Below, one piece after another: positions 1-9,669 of a DNA stretch of 64,000 nt (position 1 is the stretch's first letter; the number at the start of each line of letters is the position of its first letter). The translations under genes were made by a program, and so were the position numbers. The stretch is from contig JACRDO010000016.1 of NCBI GenBank assembly GCA_016212885.1, positions 8,255 to 72,254 on the forward strand. The letters are read 5' to 3'. This stretch comes from Elusimicrobiota bacterium. Its GTDB lineage: Bacteria > Elusimicrobiota > Elusimicrobia > UBA1565. The notes below the pieces were generated by a model. It was given only the letters and a program-made list of their open reading frames with translations. It was not told where the DNA came from and searched no databases.

Positions 1-544
1 CCGCCAGCTTGAGCAGGACCTTGCCCCAGACGACCGGCGCGTCCGGCTTGGGCAGGGCCTCGATATGGACGCTCTCGTATTCGCGCCCCCGCTCGCGGCG
101 CAGGACCCGGTGGGTGTAATCCTTCACGACGGAGTCCGCCTTCACGATGTCCTCATATGTGAAGTCCGAGCCATGCCAGGAGGAATGCATCATGGTGGGT
201 GGAACCTTCATCAGGCGCTCGACGCGCGGCATCCAGGTCCACATCTCGCTCCCCCGCCGCAGGGTGGCCGTGCCCTTCTCCTTCGGGGGTGCGTGGATGA
301 GGATGAGCGCCTTCACGCGGCCCTGGTTCCAGGCTTCGATGTCGAGCTTGCGCGTCCACTCCGGGGTGACGATTGTCATGGCCAGCCGCGCATGGCTCGA
401 GTCCCCGCGCAGGACCTTGTTGGAGCGGTCCACCATCTCGAGGACGCTCAAGGCCCGGCTGGAGACCGCGGCGGAGGGCTGGGGCGGCTCCTGCGCGCAA
501 GCCGCGCCAAGGCAGAGTGAGATGGAGAGCAGGAGTCCCATCAT
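1..544 (-). CDS. LolA-like outer-membrane lipoprotein-sorting family protein, N-terminal part only (gene runs off the window start)
   Basis: Not in the supplied ORF track because there is no in-window stop. My own minus-strand translation from the ATG at 544 reads MMGLLLSISLCLGAACAQEPPQPSAAVSSRALSVLEMVDRSNKVL...SSWHGSDFTYEDIVK. It has a signal peptide, and the WHGSDFTYED stretch is typical of the LolA_like lipoprotein-sorting family. The frame is open to nt 1. Confidence 0.6.
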   Translation of the reverse strand, partial: MMGLLLSISLCLGAACAQEPPQPSAAVSSRALSVLEMVDRSNKVLRGDSSHARLAMTIVTPEWTRKLDIEAWNQGRVKALILIHAPPKEKGTATLRRGSEMWTWMPRVERLMKVPPTMMHSSWHGSDFTYEDIVKADSVVKDYTHRVLRRERGREYESVHIEALPKPDAPVVWGKVLLKLA

Positions 545-607
545 GTCAAGGGATCACGGCCGCTGAAATCTCGCGCAGAACCGGCGAGCGGCCCTCGGGC
601 GAGAGCG

Positions 608-1564
608 TCATGCCTGCCCGCGCGCCGTCCCTGCAACGGGCCCTAACGCCGCCTGGACGGCCCAAAGCGCCGCGGCGATCATTCCCGAAGGATCCGCCTT
701 GCCTCTCCAAGCGATGTCGTAGGCCGTGCCGTGGCCCGGGGAGGCGCGGACGAACGGAAGGCCGAGTGTCCAATTGACCACGGCGTATCCAGCTGCCAGC
801 TTGAGCGGTATGAGCGCCTGGTCATGGTAGAGCGCGACGAGCGCGTCGTAGCGGCCCGCCCGATGGGCCGCCCAAGCCGCGTCGGCCGGCAGGGGCCCGG
901 AAAGCGAGAGTCCTCCGCGGCGCAAGCTGGACGCGGCGGGCTCGAGGGTCTCCTTCTCTTCTTGGCCCAGCAGGCCCCCTTCGCCTCCATGGGGGTTGAA
1001 GGCGCAGAGCGCCAGGCGGGGCCTGCGGATGCCCAAAACTTTGCGCAAGGCGCGTTCAGCCAAAACCGCGGCCTCCCGGATGCGCTCCGCGTTCAGAAGC
1101 CGCGCGACCTTGGCCAGCGGGACATGCCGCGTCGCCAGCACCGCCCTGAGCGGGCCAGCGACGAGCATCATTGCGACCGCTTTGGAGCCTGTCCGCTCCT
1201 TGAGCAATTCCGTGTGGTCCAGATAGGGCGCCCCCGCCATCCGCCAAGCTTCCTTGGAGACCGGCGCGGTGACGATGCCCTCCGCAAGCCCGCGGGCGCA
1301 GAGGCGGACAGCTGCTTCGACAGCCGCATAGGAGAGCCGGCCGCCTTCCATCGAAGGGCGGCGGAGCGGAAACCGGTGGGCCCCCAGGTCCAGGATCGGA
1401 GCCAGACCAGGAGTCCAGCCGGCCCGCTCGAGGACCCTGCGGCTCCCAACGGCTACCGGCTCGCAGGCCCGGCGCACATCCGGGCAGCGCAGGGCTGCGA
1501 CCACGAGCGCGGGGCCGACGCCGGCGGGGTCGCCGATCGTGAAGGCGAGGACAGGACGGCGCAC
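608..1564 (-). CDS. pdxA: 4-hydroxythreonine-4-phosphate dehydrogenase PdxA
   Basis: ORF 608..1831 contains the PdxA motifs LAFTIGDPAGVGP, FNPHGGEGG, YHDQALIPLK and SPGHGTAYDIAW. The track ATG at 1831 overlaps the upstream gene by about 265 nt. A GTG at 1564, 2 nt after the SurA-like stop, gives a normal 319-aa PdxA. The start is approximate. Confidence 0.85.
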   Translation of the reverse strand: MRRPVLAFTIGDPAGVGPALVVAALRCPDVRRACEPVAVGSRRVLERAGWTPGLAPILDLGAHRFPLRRPSMEGGRLSYAAVEAAVRLCARGLAEGIVTAPVSKEAWRMAGAPYLDHTELLKERTGSKAVAMMLVAGPLRAVLATRHVPLAKVARLLNAERIREAAVLAERALRKVLGIRRPRLALCAFNPHGGEGGLLGQEEKETLEPAASSLRRGGLSLSGPLPADAAWAAHRAGRYDALVALYHDQALIPLKLAAGYAVVNWTLGLPFVRASPGHGTAYDIAWRGKADPSGMIAAALWAVQAALGPVAGTARGQA

Positions 1565-1566
1565 CG

Positions 1567-2688
1567 CTACTTCTGCCCTGATTCCGACCGGGTGATCTCG
1601 ATCGTGGCGGCGGAGCGCAGCTTCTTGATGTAGTTCTGAAGCTCGGTGCGCGAGTCCACGCTGGAGAGGAACTTGGCCACATCGTCCTTGATCTTCTCCA
1701 GCGTCAGGGTCTCCTTGATCTTCTTCTCCTGCACCAGGAGGAGGTGATAGCCGAACTTCGTCTCGACGGGCTCGCCGACCACCCCCGGCTGGAGGGAGAA
1801 CGCGGCCTTCTCGAACTCCGGGGGCATCCATCCGCGCAGGATGATCCCGAGGTCTCCGCCCCGGCGCGCGCTCTCGATGTCGTCGGACTCTTTGCCCGCG
1901 GTCTCGCCGAAGTCGGCGCCCCCCTCGATCTTCTTCTTGATTTCCCCGGCCCGCTGGAGGGCCTGGTTGCGCTCGACCATGGTCGGCGAGAGGCCTGATG
2001 AGACGATCTTGACGAGGATATGGGAGACCCGCACCCGCTCGGAGGACATGTCGCGCAGGCGGTAGCCGAAGGCGACGTAGGTCTGGCCGATCTCTTCCGG
2101 CATGCCCTTGACCACGTCCGTGCTGCCGGAGGCGACGGCCTTCAGTTTCTCGAAAGCCTGCTGTATGCGCTTCTCATCGGGGTCCTTGACCAGGGGCCTG
2201 ACCTTCTCGTCAACGACCTTCTGCACGAGAATCTGCCGCCGGATGCGCTCGCGGAACTGCTCGTCGCTGAGGCCTTCCTTGTCCAGCTCGGCCGCCAGGG
2301 CGGCCTTGGCCTCGGAATCCGAGCGGCGCTTCCCGGTCAAATCGTCGACCCGGAAGTTGCGCTCCTGAACCTCCTCGACGCCCTTGTCCAGCTCGCGCTG
2401 GTGGATCTTGAAGCCCAGCTTCTCCCCCTCCTGCGCGAGCAGCTCGTCGTCGACCATCTGGTCGAGCACCTTGGCGCGGATCTCCTTGAGAGCCTCCTCG
2501 TCGCGCACCAGCTGAGGAAGGTTGCGCGAATAGTTCTCCATGACGGAACGGACGTTCTTCCTGTACTCGGAGAGCAGGAGCGGCTTGGAGTTGACGCGGG
2601 CCACGACGTCCTCGACCCTCGCGGCCCAGGCCAAGGAGGCGCCGAAGGCCAGGACGGCTGCCAGAAGGATCCTATTTAAACTGCGCAT
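1567..2688 (-). CDS. SurA-like periplasmic chaperone / parvulin-type peptidyl-prolyl isomerase
   Basis: 373 aa. Signal peptide MRSLNRILLAAVLAFGASLAWA. SurA_N-like start (VVARVNSKPLLLSEY). One PpiC/parvulin domain (SHILVK...GGDLG...KFGYHLLLV). It lies directly upstream of pdxA, as in the classical surA-pdxA arrangement. Confidence 0.8.
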   Translation of the reverse strand: MRSLNRILLAAVLAFGASLAWAARVEDVVARVNSKPLLLSEYRKNVRSVMENYSRNLPQLVRDEEALKEIRAKVLDQMVDDELLAQEGEKLGFKIHQRELDKGVEEVQERNFRVDDLTGKRRSDSEAKAALAAELDKEGLSDEQFRERIRRQILVQKVVDEKVRPLVKDPDEKRIQQAFEKLKAVASGSTDVVKGMPEEIGQTYVAFGYRLRDMSSERVRVSHILVKIVSSGLSPTMVERNQALQRAGEIKKKIEGGADFGETAGKESDDIESARRGGDLGIILRGWMPPEFEKAAFSLQPGVVGEPVETKFGYHLLLVQEKKIKETLTLEKIKDDVAKFLSSVDSRTELQNYIKKLRSAATIEITRSESGQK

Positions 2689-3502
2689 CGATGACCTCCA
2701 CCGGGAAAGAATCCTGCAGGGACTGCAGATGCCTGTCGAGCTTCTGCTTCTGAAGGATGGCCCGGATTCTCGGCTCGGCCTCGGCGAACGGAACCGGCCG
2801 CTCGCCCTCCTTCAGGATCACGTGCCATCCGAGCTTGCTGCGCACCGGGCCGCCGATCTCGCCGTTCTTCATGCGGAAAAGGGCCTCCAGCTCGGGGATG
2901 ACCTCGCCGAACAGGGTCGGCCGCATCAGGCCCCCGCCCGCGGCGGTGTCGGCGTCGAGCGAGACCTTCTGGGCGTAGGCCGCGAACTTCGCCGGGCTAA
3001 AAGCGCCGGCTCGGACGGCTTTTTTCGCGGCCTCGGCCTCCTCGGAGGCGGACAGGAGGATGTGCCGGGCCTGCACCTCGGAGGGATGGGCCTCATGGTA
3101 GGCTTTGACCTCGCCCTCGCCCACGGCCAGCACGCCCTTGCGGCTGAGCTGCTCCATCCAGAGCCGCGTGAGCAGGTAGTCCCCGGCCTCGGCGAGCCTC
3201 TCCTCCTCCTCGCGCCGGATCCCGGAGAGCTGTTCCCGATACTCCGGGGTCAGGTGAACGCCGGCCGCGCGGGCCGCGGAGAGGATCATCTTTTCGCGGA
3301 TGAGCACGTCGAGGAACTGGCGCCGGCCGTAGGGGGTCAGCACGTAGTTCCGGTAGTTCGGAGCGACCTCGGAGAGCTTTCGGCTGAACTCCGCTTCGGT
3401 GATGACCGACTTCCCCACGCGCGCCAGCGCCCGCCCGGAGCTCTTCCGGCAGCCGGCGAGGAACGGGAGGAGGATGAGCAGCGCGGCGAATACTCGGCTC
3501 AT
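2672..3502 (-). CDS. parvulin-type peptidyl-prolyl isomerase lipoprotein
   Basis: 276 aa. Lipobox LPFLAGC. PpiC domain (ARHILL...GGLMRPTLFGEV...KLGWHVILKEG). It overlaps the start of the next gene by 17 nt. Confidence 0.75.
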   Translation of the reverse strand: MSRVFAALLILLPFLAGCRKSSGRALARVGKSVITEAEFSRKLSEVAPNYRNYVLTPYGRRQFLDVLIREKMILSAARAAGVHLTPEYREQLSGIRREEEERLAEAGDYLLTRLWMEQLSRKGVLAVGEGEVKAYHEAHPSEVQARHILLSASEEAEAAKKAVRAGAFSPAKFAAYAQKVSLDADTAAGGGLMRPTLFGEVIPELEALFRMKNGEIGGPVRSKLGWHVILKEGERPVPFAEAEPRIRAILQKQKLDRHLQSLQDSFPVEVIDAQFK

Positions 3503-3539
3503 GTTTTGCGGCGACTACTCTATCATTTCAAAAGGTCCT

Positions 3540-3737
3540 CGTCCAAACTTTCCACACGTCGTAGATTTGGACGTCCCAAACATCCAGACGGCGTTGGTTC
3601 GGGACGTCCCGTCCAAACCTTCCGAACGTCGCAGGTTTGGACGTATCGAACCTGCGCAGTTTGGAAAGTTCGATGCGAAGCTACGTCGTCCGGTTGTTCG
3701 GGACGTATCGAGCCTAGCCGTTTGGAAGGTTCGATGC
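3540..3737. repeat. array of REP-like GC hairpin units
   Basis: Unit type 1 is 34 nt: 3540-3573 and 3610-3643, 29/34 identical (CGTCCAAAC...TTTGGACG). Unit type 2: 3643-3676 and 3705-3737 (GTATCGARCC...GGTTCGATGC). A CGTCCCAAAC/GTTCGGGACG hairpin lies at 3572-3605. A perfect GGGACGTCCC is at 3601-3610. The last unit covers the mfd stop codon. Confidence 0.7.
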
Positions 3738-6700
3738 GGAAAGGAACCGCTCCAGCCAGGAGAGCGCGCCCTCCCGCTGGAGCCTCACCCTCAGCCCGTC
3801 GCCCTCAGCTGAGCGCAGGAACTCGATGCGGCCCTGGTAGGCCCTGAGCCAGCGGCTGAACGCCTGCGGCGGGGGGCTCGCACCCGGATGGAAGTAGATT
3901 TCAATGGCCTGGGCGCGCTCGGCCGCGACCCGCACGCCCAGGCGGGCGGCCGCGCGCCGGGCCCGCAGGAGGCGGAAGAGATTCCGCACGGGCTCGGGCG
4001 GCGGACCCGAAAGATCGCTCAGCTCCTTCTCGAGTTCCGGGAGCTTCTCGGGCCCCGCGGCCAGCAGGCGCTTGTAGAGCTCGATGCGCTCCAGATCCCC
4101 CGGCAGGTAGTCCTCCGGGATGAAGGCCGGGACCCCTATGTCGATGGCCGGGAGCTCGGGGGCTTTCTTCTCCCCCGCCCCCTCCGGGAGAGGAGAAGAG
4201 CCGCCCTTCGAGGACGGCGGCCCCTTGGCCGCCGTTTTCTTCGAGAGCCTCAAGACCTCCTCGTTCAGGAGCTGGCAGTAGAACTCCAGGCCCACGGAGT
4301 TCAAATAGCCGTGCTGGCGCGAGCCCAGCAGGTCCCCCGCCCCGCGTATCTCGAGGTCCCGCAGGGCCAGCTGGAACCCCGAGCCGAGCTGGGTAAACTC
4401 CTTGAGGGCGCCCAGGCGCGCGCGCGCCTCCTCGCTTAAGGCCGCCATCGAAGCCGCATCGCCGGGATAGTAGAGACAGCAGAATGCCTTCTGCCTCTCC
4501 CTTCCGATGCGGCCGCGCAGCTGGTAGAGCTGGGAGAGGCCGAACTCGTGTGCGTTCTCGATGAGCAGGGTGTTGACGGAAGGGATGTCGAGGCCGGACT
4601 CGATGATGGTGGAGGCGGCCAGGACGTCGTATTTGCGGCTGAAGAAATCCCACATGGTTTTCTCCAGCTCGCAAGAGCGCATCTGCCCGTGGGCCATGGC
4701 GATGCGGACCCCCTTGAGCCGGCTGCGCAGGGCCTCGACGCGCTCCGGCAGGGTGCGGACCCGGTTGTGGACGTAGAACGCCTGCCCCCCGCGCGCGAGC
4801 TCCGCGGACAGCGCCTCCACGACGTGCTTTTCGTCGTAGGGGAGCACGGAGGTGGCGATCGGCTGGCGCCCGGCCGGGGCGCTGCGCATCAAGGAGACGG
4901 ACCTCAGCCCCGAGAGCGCCTGGTAGAGGGTCCGCGGGATCGGCGTCGCGGAAAGGGTCAGGCAGTGGATATCCTTGCGCAGCGCCTTGAGCCGCTCCTT
5001 CTCGCGCACGCCGAAGCGGTGCTCCTCGTCGATCACCAGCAGGCCCAGGTCCTTGAAGCGCACGTCCGCCTGCAGGAGGCGGTGCGTGCCGATGACTATG
5101 TCCGCCTGGCCTCCGGCCAGCGCTTGAAGGATCTTGCGCCGCTCGCCTAAAGACGAGAACCGCGAGAGGGTCTCGACCCGCACGGGATACTGCGCGAAGC
5201 GGGCCCGAAACGTCCGCGCGTGCTGGTCCGCCAGGATCGTCGTCGGCACCAGCACGGCGGTCTGCGCGCCGGCTGCCGCGCACTTGAGCGCCGCGCGCAT
5301 GGCGACCTCCGTCTTTCCGAAGCCCACGTCCCCCACCACGACGCGATCCATCGGATGCGGCCGGCCGAGGTCCGCCTTCACCTCTTCGATCGCTTTGCGC
5401 TGGTCCAGGGTCTCCTCGAACGGGAAGGACTCGGCGAACTCCTCCTCCATCTTCGAGTCGGGCTGGAAGGCCCGCCCAGGCAGGGCGTCCCGCGCGGCCT
5501 GGAGCTTGAGCAGCTGCTCCGCCATCTCCCGGACCCCTTCCCGGACCCGCTCCTTGACGTCCTCCCAGCTCCGGGCATCGAGCGAGGCAAGCCTCGGCCG
5601 GCGGCCCTCCGCGCCCGTGAACTTCTGCACCTGCCGGAAGTCCGTCATCGGGATGAAGAGCTTGTCTCCACCGCGGAACTCCAGTTTGAGGCAGTCCATC
5701 GTCGCCGTCGAGACAACCGGCTCGCCGCGGCCGAGCAGCCGGGACCCGGTGGAAGGGGGCGGAGCTTCCGGAACGGGGCCAGGGGCCACGCTCACAGCCT
5801 CCAGGCCCAGGTAGCGCGCGATTCCGTGGGCCTCATGGACCACGTAATCCCCCCTGCGCAGCTCTCCCCCGCGCAGGCGGCCGCCCCCCGCGAAGCGGCC
5901 GGCCCAAGGACGGATGGGGCGGTACGTGCGGGCGAAGATCTCGGCGGAGCTTAGGACCGCGAGCTTCAAGGCTGGGATCACGTACCCCCTGCGCAGAGGG
6001 CCGATGAGGAATTGGACGGCTGCTTCGCCGGGGTCCTGCGGGAGAAGCCCTTCGAGCATCTCCTGGATGCGCTCGTCCTCCCCGCGGTTGAGCGAATAGA
6101 GATATGCTTTCACGCCTGCCTGCCTCCAGGCCGAGCACTGGCGGGCCAGGTCCCTCAGATCGGCCCGGAAGACCGGCGGCGCCGCGGCGCCCAGATCGGG
6201 CCCGCCTGGAGAGCCGAGCCCGATGACCACGGGAGCGCGAGGCGTGCGCAGGCCCTTCTTTCGCACGTCCCCGTACGCGCTCTGGGAAGCGGAAGGTGGC
6301 GGCGCTGTCTGCGCCAGCGCGCGCTCCTCCACCAGCCAGAGCCCCCTCAAGCGCTCCGAAAGCGGGACCCCTCCCAAGCTCTCCGGGCTGGCCGGGACCA
6401 CCGCGGCCTCCTCCAGCAGGGCGCCTTCTCCCGCCTGGGTCTCGACGTCGAAGGCCCTCAGGGACTCGATGCGGTCTCCATCGTAGAGGACCCGCACCGG
6501 GGCCGGCGGCTCCAGGGGAAAGAAGTCAACCACGGCCCCACGCAGAGCGAACTCGCCCGGGCATTCGACAAAGTCCACCCGGCGGTAGCCGAGCCGCGCC
6601 AAGCGGTCGCAGAGGCTCGACCGAGGGACCCCCGGCCCTGCGCGCAGGACGAGCCTCGCCGCGGCGAAGCCCTCTTCCGTTGGGACGAGCGCCTCCAGGG

Positions 6701-7022
6701 CCTTCGGCGTGGCCAGGACCAGGTCCGCGGCCAAGTGCAGCCGCTCGAGCGCCGCGGCCCTCCCGGCGGGATCCTCGCCGAAGAACGCCACGGACGGAGA
6801 TAGGCCGAAGAGCGGTGAAAGCGCGGTCACGGCGTCGGCCAGGTCTTCCAGCTCCTCTTCCTCCTTGAGCACGGCCGTCAAGGGCTTGGACGCCAGGGGG
6901 TTGAGCCGCGCTGCGAGCGGCGCCGGGAGCCTGCTCTTGCCAAGAAGGCCGAGGCAGAGGTGCGCCCAGGCCCCGGGGCCCGGCACCCCGCCCAGGCTTA
7001 GAGGATGCTGGCCGGAAGGCAT
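3714..7022 (-). CDS. mfd: transcription-repair coupling factor Mfd
   Basis: ORF 3714..7298 carries a Walker A ([14 protein letters not shown]) and DEEH box ([11 protein letters not shown]), helicase motifs and a TRCF C-terminal domain. The ATG at 7022 (MPSGQHPL...) lies 9 nt after the hemC stop. The track start at 7298 would overlap hemC. Confidence 0.9.
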   Translation of the reverse strand: MPSGQHPLSLGGVPGPGAWAHLCLGLLGKSRLPAPLAARLNPLASKPLTAVLKEEEELEDLADAVTALSPLFGLSPSVAFFGEDPAGRAAALERLHLAADLVLATPKALEALVPTEEGFAAARLVLRAGPGVPRSSLCDRLARLGYRRVDFVECPGEFALRGAVVDFFPLEPPAPVRVLYDGDRIESLRAFDVETQAGEGALLEEAAVVPASPESLGGVPLSERLRGLWLVEERALAQTAPPPSASQSAYGDVRKKGLRTPRAPVVIGLGSPGGPDLGAAAPPVFRADLRDLARQCSAWRQAGVKAYLYSLNRGEDERIQEMLEGLLPQDPGEAAVQFLIGPLRRGYVIPALKLAVLSSAEIFARTYRPIRPWAGRFAGGGRLRGGELRRGDYVVHEAHGIARYLGLEAVSVAPGPVPEAPPPSTGSRLLGRGEPVVSTATMDCLKLEFRGGDKLFIPMTDFRQVQKFTGAEGRRPRLASLDARSWEDVKERVREGVREMAEQLLKLQAARDALPGRAFQPDSKMEEEFAESFPFEETLDQRKAIEEVKADLGRPHPMDRVVVGDVGFGKTEVAMRAALKCAAAGAQTAVLVPTTILADQHARTFRARFAQYPVRVETLSRFSSLGERRKILQALAGGQADIVIGTHRLLQADVRFKDLGLLVIDEEHRFGVREKERLKALRKDIHCLTLSATPIPRTLYQALSGLRSVSLMRSAPAGRQPIATSVLPYDEKHVVEALSAELARGGQAFYVHNRVRTLPERVEALRSRLKGVRIAMAHGQMRSCELEKTMWDFFSRKYDVLAASTIIESGLDIPSVNTLLIENAHEFGLSQLYQLRGRIGRERQKAFCCLYYPGDAASMAALSEEARARLGALKEFTQLGSGFQLALRDLEIRGAGDLLGSRQHGYLNSVGLEFYCQLLNEEVLRLSKKTAAKGPPSSKGGSSPLPEGAGEKKAPELPAIDIGVPAFIPEDYLPGDLERIELYKRLLAAGPEKLPELEKELSDLSGPPPEPVRNLFRLLRARRAAARLGVRVAAERAQAIEIYFHPGASPPPQAFSRWLRAYQGRIEFLRSAEGDGLRVRLQREGALSWLERFLSASNLPNG

Positions 7023-7030
7023 GGAATACT

Positions 7031-8026
7031 CTAGGCGGCCGCGATCCGGCCGCGGAAACTGTCGATGAGAGAGCCGAGCTCTTCGGCGCCCAGTCCCGAG
7101 CGGCCGCTCAAGCGGACGGCCCGGCTGCGGTCCGCGGCTGCCCAGAAGACGGTCAAGGCCATTGAAGCGCGCTCGCCCCCTCCGGCTTTCGAGAGCGCCT
7201 GCGGGGACGTGCGAGAGGAGGACGAACTGCGCTCGCCTGAGCCGGAAGGCTTTTGAAGGCGCGCAAGCGCTCCGAGCGGCGTCGAGCAGCCGCCGCACAT
7301 GAGGTTCAGGAACGCCCGCTCCAGGGAGACCTCCAGGCGCGAACGCTCGTCATCTGCGGCCGCCAGGATCTCCAGAACGTCCTTGCGGTCCTCGCGGGCT
7401 TCCAGCGCCAAGGCCCCCTGGCCGGGCGCGGGGACCATGAGCTCCAAGGGAAGAATCTCCCGAGGGACAGAGTCCAAGCCCAGCCTCTTGAGGCCCGCCT
7501 CCGCCAGGATCAGCCCGGCCCAGCCGCCTTCCCTCATCTTCCGCAGGCGCGTGTCCACGTTGCCGCGCACCGGCTCAAAGCGCAGGTCAGGCCGCTTGAG
7601 GCGGGCCTGGGCTTGGCGCCGCAAAGAGGAGGCGCCGAGCGCCGCGCCGGCAGGGAGCGCGTCCCAGCACGGGCTCGATCCCGGACCAAAGGCGTCGCGG
7701 GGATCCTCCCTTGGCGGGTAGGCCGCCAGGATCAGCCCGCTTGGAAGGGAACCCGGCAGATCCTTGGCCGAGTGCACGCCGAAGTCGATCTCCTTGCGCA
7801 GGAGCGCTTCCTCTATCTCCTTGACGAACATGGCCTTGACGTTCGGCGCGGCGATTTGGATGTTCGGGACGGGAGATCCGGCGCCGATGAACCCGTCTCC
7901 GCTGGTCTTGATGACGACGAGTTCGACATCGAGGGCGGGATGAGCCTGCTTGAGGCGCTGGGCGGCCCATTCGGCCTGGGCCCGCGCGAGCGGGGAGCCG
8001 CGCGTGCCGAGCCGCAGCCGGCTCAT
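7031..8026 (-). CDS. hemC: porphobilinogen deaminase (hydroxymethylbilane synthase)
   Basis: MSRLRLGTRGSPLARAQAEW..., KTSGD, and the cofactor-Cys region NLMCGGCSTPLGA. The ATG at 8026 forms an ATGA overlap with the hemA stop (8023-8025). The upstream 330 codons of the track ORF are an R/G/P-rich read-through of hemA in another frame. Confidence 0.85.
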   Translation of the reverse strand: MSRLRLGTRGSPLARAQAEWAAQRLKQAHPALDVELVVIKTSGDGFIGAGSPVPNIQIAAPNVKAMFVKEIEEALLRKEIDFGVHSAKDLPGSLPSGLILAAYPPREDPRDAFGPGSSPCWDALPAGAALGASSLRRQAQARLKRPDLRFEPVRGNVDTRLRKMREGGWAGLILAEAGLKRLGLDSVPREILPLELMVPAPGQGALALEAREDRKDVLEILAAADDERSRLEVSLERAFLNLMCGGCSTPLGALARLQKPSGSGERSSSSSRTSPQALSKAGGGERASMALTVFWAAADRSRAVRLSGRSGLGAEELGSLIDSFRGRIAAA

Positions 8027-9162
8027 GGATGCAGGCTGCGTTCGGGGAGAAGGGCCCGGCGCAGGGTGGCTCTCTCGCCGCGGAGCGTCCCATCGAGCCA
8101 GGCTGAGAACCCCTGCGCTTCGAGCCGGACGATCTCGCGGGCCGCTTCCATTTCCCCGCGGCGCTTGGCTATGTTCCCGGCCACGAGCGACTCCAGGTCC
8201 GCGAGGGAATAGAGGTAGACCTCGTCCAAACCCGCGACGTCTTCGGACACGTCCCTCGGCATCGCGATGTCGATGAGGAAGAGCGGACGCCCCTGCCGCT
8301 TGAGCCCGGCCTTCTCCACGGCCGCGCGGTCTAAGACCGGAGCAGGCGAGCCGGTGGAGGCGATGACCACGTCGACTTGCGCGAGCAGGCCGGGGAAATC
8401 CTCCCACCGCACGGGGAAGGCCTCTGAAGAGGTCGAGAGCGCGCAAGCCAGGGCCTGCGACTTCTCCCAGGTGCGGTTGGCGATGTGGATGCGCCGAACC
8501 TTCGCCTCGACGAGATGCCGCGCGGCCTTCTCCGCCATCCGCCCGGCCCCGAGGATGAGGACCTCGCGCCCGCGCAGGCGCCCGAAAATCCGCTGGGCGA
8601 GCTCCACGGCCACGGAAGCGGCCGAAGTCTGGCCCAGGGCGATGCGGGTGCGCTCGCGCACCAGCTTCCCTACGAAGAGCGCCCTCTGGAAGAGTATGTT
8701 GGTGAGCTTGCCGGTGGCCCCGGCGTCCCGGGCCGCTTCGTAAGCCCCTTTGACCTGGCCCAGTATCTCGGTCTCCCCCACGATGAGCGAATCGAGCCCC
8801 GAGGCCACGGTGAAGAGATGGTAGGCCGCATTCGCGCCCCAGCTCCGGTAGGCGGAGGCGGAGGCGGGAAGCCCGGAGAAATCGTCGAAGAGAGCCGTGA
8901 GCCGGCCGAGCGCCGGATGGACGGGCTCTCCAGCGGGGGCGGCCGCGCTTTGGGAAGCGCCGTCCCCGGAGGGAGACGTTCTTCCATTCCCGAAGGGGGC
9001 GGCCGCATAGACCTCGAAGCGGTTGCATGTCCCGAGGATCACGGCTTCCTGGAAGCCGGAGGCGGCCAGGCGCTTGCGGGCCGCGCTCAGGCCCAAGGCG
9101 GCCAAGCGCTCCCGGACCTCGATGGTGGAGCTCTTATGGTTTACACCGGCCAGGATGAGCAT
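8023..9162 (-). CDS. hemA: glutamyl-tRNA reductase
   Basis: MLILAGVNHKSSTIEVRERLA, the catalytic GTCNRFEVY, HLFTVASGLDSLIVGETEILGQVK, and the NADPH site ILGAGRMAEKAARHL. Confidence 0.85.
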   Translation of the reverse strand: MLILAGVNHKSSTIEVRERLAALGLSAARKRLAASGFQEAVILGTCNRFEVYAAAPFGNGRTSPSGDGASQSAAAPAGEPVHPALGRLTALFDDFSGLPASASAYRSWGANAAYHLFTVASGLDSLIVGETEILGQVKGAYEAARDAGATGKLTNILFQRALFVGKLVRERTRIALGQTSAASVAVELAQRIFGRLRGREVLILGAGRMAEKAARHLVEAKVRRIHIANRTWEKSQALACALSTSSEAFPVRWEDFPGLLAQVDVVIASTGSPAPVLDRAAVEKAGLKRQGRPLFLIDIAMPRDVSEDVAGLDEVYLYSLADLESLVAGNIAKRRGEMEAAREIVRLEAQGFSAWLDGTLRGERATLRRALLPERSLHP

Positions 9163-9178
9163 GCGGTGGACGCCGCGC

Positions 9179-9562
9179 CTATTTCTTCCGCGGCTTCGCC
9201 TTTGGAGCCGGCCCGGCTTCGCTCGGCGTGATGACGATGGTCATCAAGCCGTCGCTGGACATGGAGGCGGGAGCCCCGAGCTTGGAGACCACGGAGGGTG
9301 ACCAAAGCGTCTTCTTCTTTCCCTTCTCATCCTTGCCGATGACCTTGACGCTCAGCTTGACGGAATCCTTGCCTTCCTTCCTCGCGGTTATGGCGACGGT
9401 CTTGTCGCCGACTTTGACCTTCGCCGTTTTGCCGCTCTTCACGGTCGCGGAGCCTGTGACCATGTTGGAGTCCTTGGGCGTTATCGTGTACTGCAGCAGG
9501 TAAGCCGCGAACGAATTCCCCGCCAAGAAGACGACCAGCGCCATCGCCAGCGATGTTCTCAT
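9179..9562 (-). CDS. small secreted Lys-rich protein, unknown function
   Basis: 127 aa. Signal peptide MRTSLAMALVVFLAGNSFA, beta-rich K/V/T composition, GGGGG Shine-Dalgarno-like run upstream, and a promoter-like AT island. No recognisable family. Confidence 0.5.
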   Translation of the reverse strand: MRTSLAMALVVFLAGNSFAAYLLQYTITPKDSNMVTGSATVKSGKTAKVKVGDKTVAITARKEGKDSVKLSVKVIGKDEKGKKKTLWSPSVVSKLGAPASMSSDGLMTIVITPSEAGPAPKAKPRKK

Positions 9563-9583
9563 CGAAAGCCCCCTGTCTTGGGG

Positions 9584-9611
9584 ATTATATTCATTCGACG
9601 GCGTCTTTGAA
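9584..9611 (-). promoter_or_regulatory. putative sigma70 promoter of the 9179-9562 gene
   Basis: The minus strand reads TTCAAA, a 16-nt spacer, then TATAAT (-10 at 9584-9589, -35 at 9606-9611), about 20 nt upstream of the ATG, within an AT-rich pocket of a GC-rich genome. Confidence 0.4.
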
Positions 9612-9669
9612 AGGCGTTGACGCCCCCATGGGCGGGCGTTCTCCCGCCCGATGATGTAAAATTACGCCG

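Noticed and set aside
3399-3812. 137-aa plus-strand ORF with periodic peptide repeats (VPN…VRDVPS…FGRIEP…VRDVSS)
   Set aside because: The periodicity comes from translating the DNA hairpin array. The ORF is antisense to the mfd 3' end and the PPIase 5' end.
608-9028. Upstream extensions of the track ORFs for pdxA (to 1831), mfd (to 7298) and hemC (to 9028); likewise the lipoprotein (to 22690) and DUF4338 (to 15110)
   Set aside because: The extensions overlap the preceding, well-supported genes in another frame and are R/G/P-rich. Internal starts give canonical protein N-termini and ATGA-type junctions.
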